Shown: piece after piece, positions 1-13,352 of the stretch
Numbering within the stretch: the first letter of the stretch is position 1
Layout of the letters: the number at the start of each line of letters is the position of its first letter
DNA from: Lingula anatina
Lineage: Eukaryota; Animalia; Brachiopoda
Length of the DNA stretch: 64,000 nucleotides
NCBI GenBank assembly: GCA_051362555.1
Contig: CM120649.1
Coordinates: 12,586,001-12,650,000, forward strand
Direction: 5' to 3'
Made by a program: the position numbers and the translations under genes
The notes under the pieces: model-generated
What the model was told of the DNA's origin: nothing
What the model saw: only the letters and a program-made list of their open reading frames with translations
Database searches by the model: none

Positions 1-70
1 TTCACAAGCAGATGAGACTGTGCTGCTCTCGCTTAGGACATTATAGAATGCCATTTGGATGGGCTGCAAG
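1..70 (+). CDS. DOCK9: DOCK-D exon (partial; ...[17 protein letters not shown])
   Basis: Conserved YRMPFxWAAR motif; donor AG|GTAGGT at 71. Confidence 0.9.
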
Positions 71-524
71 GTAGGTGTGATTTAACACCATTTATACTTA
101 TTGTGGATTTTGAAGTTGTTTTCTCCAAGGGCATATCACAGAATGCCATCATTGTGTTTTTAAAGAACTCCTAAAATCTCAAGAATAAAGTAATTCTTTC
201 TTCAGTCAACCTCCAATTATCTCCAATATTTGGATGTCTAACAATGAATTTTTTTTCTATTCTGAAATCTCATTTTCTTCAGCAGAGTATGAAATATGGT
301 AATGGGTATACTGCTTGTAATGCATTATGTGCAAATTTGGCTGATTGAGACTTAACTTAGAGAGAAAATAGCAGTTATTATTTATTTACCCAATAAATAT
401 GTAATATATACAATATATACGGAAATAAATAACAGCAGTTTTGGTGGTGGAAGTAGTATTTGACTTTATTGAGATAAATTAATAGAAATGAAAAGAAAAA
501 GAGTAGAAATTTGCCTGTTTTGCA

Positions 525-578
<54 letters not shown>

Positions 579-3500
579 TCTCTTTCAGACCAGTGTTCAA
601 GCCATTTACCTCTGATCTGGAGCCAGACACAGACATCACAGTGTACAGACAGGAACCCAATAGACTGACTGAAGAGGACCTTATCAAACACCTGCAGGAT
701 ATGAGGAGGTGAAAAGAAAAATGAAAAAAAAAAAAAACTTATGAAAAACATGAAGATTCAGTAGTATCAAGGATTCAAATTTTTATAATATATTATGTTT
801 CACAGTTAAATTATGATTTAAGGAAAGATATGAAAATATAAAACATTTTGAAAGATAATGAAAATAAAAAACAAAAATACCATATTTTAAACCAGTAATT
901 TCAAATTAATAAAAACCAAAATAATATTTAAAATTTGGTAAAAAAAAAGACATTTGTTATTTAGAGTCATTGATTCAGAAGTAAATACTTGCAAGGAATC
1001 AAAGTGAGAGCCCCATTGTAGACCCTACCGTCATTTATTTGTTTTAATATATTTGGAGGGCATATTGTCTTGATAATCTTTATGAGTCAAAGTAGTCATT
1101 GTATAACCTGCATCATGAAATTAAAACTAAATTAATTAATAATATATGTTAAACAATCTCATGTCATTACTTCAACTAAAAAACGATAATTTAATTTATA
1201 TATTTCAATTGAAACAAGTTGCATTCATGCCAAAAAGAATGTTTTTGCCACTGACAATGAGACATCTTGATATAATCAAATATTGGGATAAATGCAGTCT
1301 TTCCAGTTTGTTAGTAAGTGTCGTTATTGTCTACTTCAGGCCTGAGAAACAGAGCAAGTGGCAGGTCATCCCTGCCGACTTCATGGTGATCCTGGCCAAG
1401 TATAAGCAAGCCATTAAAAGTAAGTTGATCTCAGTTGCAGTAATAGATGTTCACTTTTAACAAAACACCTTGACCAGGGAATGTAGCTTCATGTGTTATG
1501 ATACTACCCGTGGCAGTATAGTCCTAAAAACAAGGAATCTGTTTCATGATGATTACATTTACTGAATGAGTAGTATTTTAAAAATTTTAAATGTCACATC
1601 AATACAGTGGAGAATTGAGACAGTGCGTGTTGTTTCATTTTTAACCTGAAACAATCTGTCACTATATCATGAACAAGGAAATTGTTAAGAATTTTCATAT
1701 TTTCTTTAGCCAAAATTATTTACGTATCATTTGTCCATAAATTGTCCCTCTTGAATGCACATAGAAATTTTATACAATTTATAACACTATTACACATTAG
1801 ATATATATTATGTATATATGATCTCAATTTCAGACACTGTCACGTCAGGGATAATTCCTGTCAAACCCTTCCCCGACCCCCCAGAACAGCCGCCAACATT
1901 AGAGATAGAGGAATTTCTTCCTGATGATGGGCGGTACACATGGCCCCACACAGCATATACTAACCATTTGTATGTGTATCCAAAGATGCTCAAATATGAC
2001 AGCCAAAAAGCTTTCACTAAGGTAAAATACATGTACTTATAAATTAATGTAAGTTTGCACACAAAACATTAGTACCTTTGATTTATGAATTTATTATAGT
2101 TATGATTAATTGATGAGTTTTTGGTGGAAATCTGACATTTTGACACTGCTTTACTCTCTTAAATAATTTGTTATCCTATGTTAAAAGCTAACTAGATGTC
2201 ATTTAATCTTCTAGAACAAACCAAACATTTCCGGTCTGCACAGAAAAGAAAGTTTATTATGTTCCTGAGAGATATAAAAGTCATAATTGGATAATTTAAA
2301 AAGAATATTCAATTTCATTGTTTTTCTTCATTTTAGGCCAGAAATATCGCCTGTTGCATAGAAATCAAAGATTCAGATGAAGAGGGTGCTGTGCCGTTAC
2401 AAATCATCCGAGGTCGCCCTGGAGTAGCGGTATTCACCACTGTGACAAGTGCTGCCGTGGTGCATCACCAGACCTCGCCCGAGTTTTATGAAGAGGTGCG
2501 TACCAATGATTTTAGATTTCTCTAATTCTGTGTATTTATTATGAGGGAATGGTTTTTTAAAACTTGTGAATTTTATAAATTTTTCTGCTATTTTCTTCAT
2601 GAATAATATATATGTAATAGAGCTATTTCATTCATTGTGCACAATTTTCACAAAAATAAGTTATTGCAGAAGGTATTTCTAGCTTCAGATTATCGTTAAG
2701 TTCTTGAAAATGTGAAGTAATAGACATAATTGTAACATGTTTGATATTTTTAGCAGTTTTTCTTTTTCAAAATATAACTAAGTGTCAAAATAATTTTCAA
2801 AATCTTCCACATGTTCTTCCATTATTTATTGATCTTATTTTGTATTTCTCCTATCCTACAGGTGAAGGTGTCACTACCCACTCAGCTCAATGACAAGCAC
2901 CACCTGTTGTTCACATTTTACCACGTCGCCTGTGAGTCGTCCACTAAGATGCCTTCGAAAAGCACCAGTAATAAAAAGAAACATGATGTAGAGTACACTA
3001 TTGGTTATGCATGGATGCCAATTAGTAGACTGGGCAGGTGAGAATAGGATTTTTTTGTCTAAATTTTATTTTGAATTTACTTATGAGTAACATTTGGAAG
3101 AAAAATATCCAAACTTGATTAAAGACTAATGTTCTTGAATATAAGCAACATAATAAGAGTATAGGTGCTTGAAAAATACCAATTGCTTTTGGCAATTATA
3201 CTGTTAAATTTATAGTGATAAGCTCATCAGTTGGCAGTAAGATGTAGCAAATGGTGTAGTTTTTCCAGAAATCAATAGATATATTTTTTTTCAAAATAAT
3301 TGAAGATTTACAGAAATGAAAACAACAGAGTTGGGATTTTGTTGTATTTCTCCACTTGAAGATGTGATTCACAGAGGTAGAGAGTGGAGTGAACAAAATG
3401 AACTTGCCCGATTCCCTTTCTACCACCACCAACAGGTATTTGGTGTCCTTCCTGCTGCTGAGTTGTTCCAATTATTCAAAACTGCCAGAGCTAACTATCA

Positions 3501-6500
3501 CACCCTCCTTGAAAAGCAAAAACTGTATACCATCGGACCTGTATTGAAGGTGCTGATCAAAGGGAACTCTTTAGGATTGTGGACAAGATTTCAGAATCTA
3601 AGTCAAGCCAGCTAAGTGTGCTTCCTGACATGGAAATGTCAACACTTCCTCAAGTTTTTGCAGATTTCTTCACAAACCGGATCAAGGATATTCGTAAGGA
3701 CTTAACTCAAAATGCTACCACAGGATCCTCAGAATCAGATCCATTACCAAGTGAATTTCAAGACAGGTGTGCCAGTTAGGGTGGTGGGGCCCAACTGAGC
3801 AATTTCCTACCAGTCTCAGAGAAGGATATTATCTCTGTTATAAAGGGGATGGATTCTAAGTTTTGTGCTCTGGATCCCATGCCAACATATATAGTGAAAG
3901 AGTGTATTAGTGTGTTATCTCCAGTTCTCTTGAGATTAGTAAATCTGTCTTTCTCAACAGGTATCTTTCCATCAAACTGCAAAACTGCAATTGTTAGACC
4001 ATTACTTAAAAAGCAAGGGCTGTGTAAAAATGTCCTGAAAAACTATAGACCAATATCAAATCTACCCTTTTTAGGTAAATTTCTTGAAAAAATGGCATGT
4101 TCCCAACTAAGCAGCTATCTATCTGAAAATAAACTCTTTGGGAAATTCCAGTCTGCCTATAGAGAAGGCCACAGCACTGAGACAGCTCTACTTCGAGTCC
4201 ACAACGACATAATGCTTGCCCTGGATAAACAAAGAGATGTCATTTTAGTTCTTCTAGACCTTTCAGCGGCTTTCGATACCATAGATCATAATATTCTTCT
4301 TCACAGGTTGCAGCATCGTTTTAGAGTGAATGGACTTGCACTTAGTTGGTTTACCTCTTACCTGAAAAACAGAACACAAAGGGTTTCAATAGAGTCGGTT
4401 TTATCTCAGCCAGTTAACTTGGAGTACGTTGTTCCACAAGGGTCTGTGTTAGGTCCGATCCTATTCTCATTATACATGTTACCTGTAGAAGATATCATAC
4501 TAAAGCATGGTCTGAACACTGTTATTTTTGCAGATGACACACAAGTATATATTACATGCAAGAGCAGCCAGTCTGCAACAATCACTTCTATGGAGACTTG
4601 TCTTGCAGAGATTCGAGAATGGATGAAAGTGAACATGTTGGCTTTAAATGATAGTAAGACTGAGTTGATATGGTTTACATCAAGGTTCAAGGCAAATAGA
4701 AAAAATGTAGCAAATGCCAACATTTGCATAGGAGATGTTCTTATAAAACCATCTAGTTCTGTAAAAGATCTGGGAGTTACCCTCGATGAAAATGGCACTA
4801 TGGGCAAGCGTGTATCTGAAGTGTGTAAATCAGCATCTTATGCACTATGGTGCATTGGAAAAATAAGGAAAGTGTTAGATAACAAAACCACTGAAAAATT
4901 AGTACATGCATTTATATCATCAAGATTAGATTACTGCAATAGTCTCCTCTTTGGTATTTGTGACTATCAGATTAAAAAGTTACAAGTTATTCAAAACTCA
5001 GCTGCAAGACTGGTTTGTCAAATTAAGTACAATAGTACACACCATATCACTCCCATTCTAAAAGAATTACACTGGCTGCCTGTGAAGCAGAGGATTGATT
5101 TTAAAGTACTCTGTATTATTTTTAAGGCGATCCATTCACAAGGACCATTATATTTATCTGATCTTATCTGTTTTAACTTACCACGGCGGTCCACACGTTT
5201 TAATACTGAGAATGATTTTATTTTAGAACATTCTGTTTTAGAGAAGGGGTGCCTAAAAAGTTATGGAGATCGTGCTTTTATAATCTACGCCCCAAGAGTG
5301 TGGAATGGTCTACCAAATTTTATTAGGAAAACAGAAGACTTTGACAATTTTAAATCTCTTTTAAAGACCCACTTTTTTAATTCTGTCTATATCTCTTAGA
5401 TTTTATTTTAATATATATATGTTTTTTTTTTTTTTAATAAGATTGATTTTTAGTAGTGTAAATTTTAAATGGTTTCCAATGAGAGTTTATGATTAAAATA
5501 TTGTAGTCATTTTAATGATTTTAGTATATTAGCCATTATTGTAAGGCGCCTTGAGATAGAATGTAAGGCGCCATATAAGAATCTTATTATTATATTATTA
5601 TTATTAAATCTCTTGTTGTATTCCAGAGTTTTGGTAGGGGAGCAGATGTTACCCCTTGCTGTGAACCTTCCCCCTGGTTACCTAAGTCATGAGTTGTTAG
5701 GGCTGGGAAAAGGGGTAAGTTTGATTGGATAATATCAACTGGATAACAACCAATCAAAAGTCACATTTTGACTGGAAAAATATATTTTTTTGGGGGGAGG
5801 GGGGTTAGATTTTGTATCTGCACTCATTCCTTATCAGTGTAATTTTGTTTACTTTTATGAATAAATTGTTTAAGGATAAAGATTTGCAAGTGGCTTCAAG
5901 CCCTTAATTTATCTCCTCTGTACAGATGTCAGCAAGTACGTTTGGGATCGAGTAAACCATTAACCAGCATTCACACTGCAAACGTGTGCTGAAAGTACTT
6001 TGGATTTGGTACATGTACTGCCACCCCCTTCCACTGGACACAATTTACATTACTGCTACTCTTCAAAATAATATTAGAATTTTTGTTTCTGTCAACTTTT
6101 GTGAAGTTAAAAAAAAGTGCTGAGTCATCCATCCTTACATTCCAGAGTGCAGGTCCAGACATCAAATGGGTGGACAGTGGAAAACATCTGTTTAAAGTTG
6201 ATCTGCGTCTTGTCTCCACTATTTATACAAAGGTTAGGTTTTTATTCTTTGTTTAGGAAATGATTTTATTGTAAGCCTGTTACTAGTTAACCTCATAATT
6301 TTATAAACCTCTCTTGGATTAGATTGTATTTTTGTCTTCATAGGTTTAATTTTTTTAATTTTTTTTGAAAATTTTCTTCCAAACATATTGACATTTTAGC
6401 ATTAGGTAAGTTTTGTATTATTTTTAAATTTAATTGGCTATTTTAAATGAATTTTTCTGTTATTTCTGTTCAAAGGATCAGCACCTTCACAACTTCTTCC

Positions 6501-7549
6501 ACCACTGTCAGAAAGTTGAGGAGTCCAAGTCTCTAGCAACAGACATGGATACAGTCAACAAGCTCAAGGTATGTACTCCATTTGCCATCTCACGTAAAGT
6601 CCACTGCCTTTTACGTGAGATGGCAAATGGACTTTATCACATTTGACTTGTCATGAAAAAGAAAAGAAATTTATTATATTTACTTTGCCATGAACTTCTA
6701 GGGGAAAAATGCTTTGAACCCTTTGAAAAATTTATGGTTTGTACACCATGGCCACTGTCACAAAATAGAGTGGTGTGCACTCCATGTGCATTTGCGTAAA
6801 AATGTTTTGGCATGCATTTTGGTTGATTGGTAAACTTAATACTCTATTAGAGATTTTGTAGAAGAATGTGAATTTCTTAATTTAAAAGTAACTTATTGTA
6901 ATTCTGTTGATGATACTTAGTTCTGTAGTTGCTAGTCAGAAGAAAGGACTGAAATGTTAAAAAGCATGTTTATAAAGATTAATTTGATGATTAAATTGAT
7001 ACAGTTTTATGCGAACAACTGTGCTTACCAATTAGTTGAAAATTTTGCAATTTTGTTGATTATAGTATATCAGGCATGTAATGCAGAATTTAATTTGTTT
7101 ATTAAGATGATGATTTTATTTTTTCTCCTATAATTATTTAATGTAGAATATTTTTTCTTCTAAACTAATATAGAAATTCTAACTTGTAGTCAAATGTTGA
7201 TGCAGTTTGATATCTTGGTAGAAATTTTGCAGCTTTTGCAGTAGTATTCTTTCTAAAATAGCATTTCACATCATGTTCTTGTAGAACCAGCTAACTTGGT
7301 AGAGGTTTTATGTTTTTACATCAGTACTAACAAGAAGATTTGAAGATTTATTCTATGCATCTCCAGAAGAGATGGAAAAAAATTTGGCCCCTGAATTTCT
7401 TGCCACACTGTTGATATTTTTCTAACACTTAACAGAAATTGCTCACTCATTTCAGATAAATTTTGTACATATTTTACCTAAGCCAAGAAAAGTTTTACAT
7501 TAGCCAAGAAAATTTAGTATTTTACCAAAGGAGTGACAAAAAATGAAAA

Positions 7550-7605
<56 letters not shown>

Positions 7606-7906
7606 CGTTTTCTTTAGCCAAAAGAAATTGTTCAAAGAATATGATGGACCTTAAATATGCTTGTTTAATCTACCTTGGAATCCTTATGCCAAGTGCATGT
7701 ACACATGTAATACTAATATGGGTGTACCTGTAGATATGCATTTATATACTGTGCACCTGGGTAAGGTTACAAGCTTATCATAGGGTAGTTGATAACAAGT
7801 GGGAACAGGTTTACCTGCTTTATTTCTCTTTTAAATGCACAGGCAAACCTAGCAGACAAAAATGTTTTGATAAGCACGCAAGCACGTGGGCACGCACGCA
7901 AGCGCA

Positions 7907-7941
<35 letters not shown>

Positions 7942-10164
7942 TTGTTCCCGCATTATTAAAAATGTATAAGTGGAACTGATTTTCTTTTACCCAAAAGAGT
8001 GCGATTTAGGATTTTTTCATTCAATTTTATGGCAATTTTAAATTTTATATAATTATTTGAATTAATTAGTGTTATAGTTTGCTATATTTTCCCAACTGAA
8101 TGATGCTAAGAGTTATATGCCTGGTTAGAATAAAAAGCCAGCCTGAAACCAGCAATTTCAAGGGGGGGGGGAGTCTTTTTCTGAAAAAAAAAAGATCTTT
8201 CATGTACCTATATCAAATTTTAACCTGAGCAAACCAACCTCCTGGCAAAAAAAAAAAAACAAAAAAAAAAAAAAGGTTGTTACCCCCGAACCCCCCTTGC
8301 TACGGCACTGTATAGATTACCTTAAAACATGGAAGGTGGACTCTATATTAATCAATAATTTACTATTAAATCTTCAACTTCTTACTAAGGGTGCAAAGCA
8401 TTCACAATATAATGACTCCCTCACTATGGCTTTCAAAAAAAACTTCTTTTTTTGCTTTTGACATTCTGTTGTAACACTTTACGTGAAGCTTAACACTGAA
8501 GGTAGTGGGAGATAATAATTTACTAAATATGATAATTTTCTTACTATTTCTTATGTACTGCCTTCATTTCTTGGCTGGATATCACAAACCTCTGTTCTGT
8601 TTAGTTATTTTTTTTCACTTGTTCATTTATTCAGAGTGCAGAAAATGTTGATGAAAAAGAATTGTTGAAATTTGTAAAGGTATGTGTTCGTTATTCACCC
8701 ATCTCAGAAAAATGGAATAAGTCCATTACATGACTAGACGTGTAAAAGGAAGATTCCATTTCTTGAGAAAAGGGGTGCTATTGAGTTTGCAGCTTAAAAA
8801 TTAATTTTGCTGTGTTTAGAAGTTTTTTGTGTTAGTATATTTGTTAAGCTTTTTACAGAATTTTATGAATTTTCAAGATCTATTTTTTTATTATATTATT
8901 ATTATTTATTTATTATTATTATTATTTTTTTTTTTGAAAATCTTTTTTGAGATTCTTTGTGTGTTTTTTTGGGTGCTTTTAGACATTTAGAGAGTGTACA
9001 TATATAGGAATTCAATTGTTTTATTAATAACTGAAAATAGAACTTTGGAATTTTTCGAATAAAAAAAATATATATTTTTTGAATAAATAGCATTTTAGAC
9101 ATCAGTCTATTGAAACTTCATGGGGAAAAAGCTTCCCATGCAGTCTGCATTGCCTGGCTTTAGTCACGCCCTTTGTTTGGACTAGTTTGTACTTTGGAAC
9201 AATTTCTTTCATGAAAAAAAACTCAATTATTGAAACAGTTTTGGTTGATAGCAATCTCATTTAGCAGATATAATTTGTCAGATTTTGAAAAAGGTAGCAG
9301 TAGTGCACTGAGTTCTTACAGAAAGTTTTAAACACAGAAATGTATTTTATATAGAGAAATGGGGGGGGGGATCATTGTGATGGTTCATTTTCTAACTTGT
9401 GTGATAATTATTTTAAGGCTTCTTATTCTGTTTGCATGTAGAAGTGCTGTCTAAAATCTTAGTTTTGATTTTTAATTGCATGAGTGATGATTTAATGTTG
9501 TGATTCAATTTCAAGCTTAAAAAAAACAGTACTTTAGCTCTTTTTGAAGGAAGAATAATTTAAAGTAGACAGAATGATTTTCATAGCTTATTGAAGTGAA
9601 TTTTGTCATCATAAAACAGATGGGGGTGTACAGGTTAAGGACAGGGGGTGTCCTTGACTTTCATTTAGGCAGAAGATGTACTTTTGCTTCAGCACCAGCA
9701 TCTTTTCAAACAAGCACAAATGTATTTGTTTTATGCCTGAGCATTCGGTACAACTTATAGTTCATGATATGCATAATTATAACAAATGATTGTTTTATCA
9801 ATAACAAAAACTTTCTAAGATTTTACAAGAGAGTTTGAATTGCAATGTTGAAGATAAAACTGATTTAAGGATAATATGCAGTCAAAGAAATGCCCCTTTT
9901 GATAATTTTGATCAGTTTGAATGCATGATAAAAAAGTAATGTTGTATAATTGTTTTATCTTATTTCGTGTTATACAATAATGCCATATGCAAAGTTTCTG
10001 CATTGTCTTATTTTATATATGTTATTATTTCATGCTATGATGTTACTTGACACATTTCACAGTTTTTGAGCCAAATTTGTAATAAGTTTGTTTGATTCTG
10101 TGTCATTTATTTCTCATTTTGTTGTTACTTACTGTGTTTCCCTTGATATTATTTATTTATTCAT

Positions 10165-10203
<39 letters not shown>

Positions 10204-13200
10204 TTTCAGAGTATGCATGCCATGGACGTGGGAACTATGATCCAGTTTCTTCCAACCATCTTCAATCAACTTTTCCGTCTTCTTCCCCAGACGAGTAGTG
10301 AAGATGTGGCATTAAATGCTGTCAGGTAAATTCTTGTCTCTTTCTGATGTCTTTTATTAACAGAACATTGATTTTACTGACAGAATGTTGTTTTTAGAAG
10401 CACAGATACTTGAGTTTTGTTTAAATTTATTCAGTTCTGTAATTGTGTACTTTGTAATAATTAAAATGAGCAATGCACAGTAATAAAATATATAAATATT
10501 TTATAAATTTCTACACTAGGGTGTTAGTCCATGTGGTATCAGAGGTTAGTGAGGCAGGGAAAACTGATGCTTTACACTCCTATGTCAAAGTAAGTACTTT
10601 ATGTATGTCCATACATTAAATGTGTATTAAAAGTAGTTTTGTCATGATAAAAAAGTAAGTTGTTTTGAAGAGATAAATGTCTTAGGGGCATGGAAAGATA
10701 CTCATATAAAATGTGCGTGCAAACAATCTCAAAATATTTAATGATTATATTATAAAAAGATTCTGCACAATTTAAAAAATAAATGATTTCTGTTATTCAT
10801 TTTGAAACACTTATACATACTATGTAAATGTTGTGGTGACATTTTCATTTTTTCCCTTTCAGTATGTTTTCCAAACTGAGCCAACAGCAGGTAGTCTCAA
10901 ACAGGGCAAAACTGTCCACGAGGAACTGGCCAAACACTTGACCACAATGACCCGCCCAAACAACGCCGACCTAATGGTCATCAACAAACTGCTCAGGTTT
11001 GCCTGGTTCTTCTTTGAGATCCTCATTAAGAGCATGGCGCAGCATCTGATTAGTACGGGGAAAATCAGGGTGAGTATATGCGTGTGTGTGTTCGTTTGCA
11101 CATGCTTGCTTGCATGCACATGTTAAAAATTGTGGTAGTAACTGCTTATTTAATTTGAACAGATTCAGAAAATTTTAATTTAAAATTTATTAAAAAATTT
11201 ATTTTATTTTTTTAAATGTAATAATGCATTGTTCATCTCCAGGCCCAAAGAAATGACCGCTTTCCATCGGACTACCAGTACAGAGTACAGAACCTAGTAC
11301 AGTGCTTTGCTCCTCACATCACACAGAAGTTCAGGGATCAGCCTGTGGAAACAAAACATGCTAACCAGGCCCTGGCTTGTTTTATTAAGGTAATAGTAAA
11401 AGACTAGGTTTCAAAATTAAGGTTTTGATCCATCCAGTTATTTCAAACTAAGATAATGATGAATATGAAAGTGACTCACTTATTGGATCTTACAGAAGAT
11501 CACAATGTTTTGACCTTATCACAAATAACAAGGCCCTGGCATGTTTTAAAATCAAGAACTTCATTATTATTTTACAGAAATGCCTGACCTTCATGGACAG
11601 AGGGGCAGTCTTCAAGCTGGTCAACATGTACATGGACAGTTTCAGCCCAGGTGACCCGAAGGTAAGGAGTGGACACTGGTCATCTGGTTTGACTTTCTTG
11701 GTCTGAAAAAAAATAGAAGGCATTCGGTTGATTCAGAGGAAAAGGAAGACCATTTAAAATATTGATATATAGTAGCACATGATAGAGGACATTTGTTAAT
11801 TATAAACAACATATTAATTGTAAATTCAGAATTTCAAAAAAATGTTTTTGAATGCTGTTTGTTAATAACTAAATATTTAAACTGAAAGATACTGGTTGAG
11901 TCCAGGCAAAACTTTTGTGTGTATACACATGCATGTGTGTGTATCTGTGCATGTGTTGGCGCATGCACGTGTGTATACTAGTATGTGTATGTGGTCATAT
12001 TTACTGTACCCATTTTTTCCCTCCATATCAGACATTACTGGAGTACAAGTTTGAGTTTTTGAGGATCTTGTGCTGTCATGAACACTATGTCCCACTCAAC
12101 CTGCCTATGATGAAGAAAGGTCATGTTAAAACATACAAAGGTAGGTTACTTATGTCTCAGCCAACACAATTATAACTGCAAGGTGTCACAACTAACACAA
12201 TTGTCTTCAATATTATGTCACAAGGAAGGCAATTGCCTTTGATACTTTGTATCAACTGTGGCAATAATCTTTGATATTTTGTCATAACTTAGGCAATTGT
12301 CTTTGATATTTTGTCACAACTGAGGCAATTGTCTTTGATATTTTGTCACAGCTGAGACAATTGTCTTTGATATTTTGTCATACCTGAGGCAATTGTCTTT
12401 TATATTTTGTATCTATAGCATTCCTCAGCTGATAAAATACCACTCTGTGGTGTTATTTCACATGATATGTGCTTCAAGCAGCACGATCATATTTTCAGTA
12501 GGACATCTGTTGCAATTTTGCACAGTAGAATTTTGTTACCTCATGAATTTCATTAACTGCTTTGAAAAATTTTGTTGCAGGTAATTTAAGTGCAGGTATT
12601 AATACATTGTCCACCAATGCCCTACCTGACACAGAAATCCAAGCAACTTTTTCCATTACTGTTTTACCAGACACAAATTGCAATCAGCTCTTTTATGTCA
12701 TATCAAGTACTTGTCAGTCGAGAATAATCATTGATGTGTTCCTCAGTGTTTGTAAACTAGTGAATGATGTTCATTTCAGTAAAGACCACTTTAAAAATAT
12801 TCTTTCCTCCCTTTTGTTTTCTCAGTGAGATCATGCTGCCCATCATTATAAAAATGCCCTCTGTCACAACTCAAGCAGTTTTTCACTCTCCCTTTATTTC
12901 TTGTTTGCTACCTTGATGAGAGCTTACCACTGAATCCATGCTTGATTTTTATAACAGTTTTGAAAATTGCTTGGCTTGGTTGGGAATTTTGATGCCATGA
13001 TGTTGACTTTTATGCTTTTTTTATGGCATTGATTAAATGATTTTCCTTCTCATCTTTGAATAATGGCAAGGATTTTACATTTTTGAAATGATTCTATCAT
13101 GGAAAGCTATTAGATTATTCATACTTTTGTAATCTTATTTGGGTGGTAGTTTCTTTCTTTGAAATGCGAAGACTACAGGGTTTTGCATGATAAATTATTC

Positions 13201-13262
13201 TTCTCAATAGAGCCATGTTGTTATATACTGTAGTTCAGAATGAACATGAAGACTGCATATTT

Positions 13263-13352
<90 letters not shown>

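Noticed and set aside
466-712. Poly-Asn and poly-Leu ORFs
   Set aside because: They are translations of an (ATT)n microsatellite; only 589-708 is a true exon.
4406-4807. 133-aa antisense ORF
   Set aside because: Shadow ORF of the LINE reverse transcriptase.
5926-5935. Possible microexon after TACAG
   Set aside because: The GT donor gives 10 nt (frameshift); a 6-nt version needs a weak GC donor.
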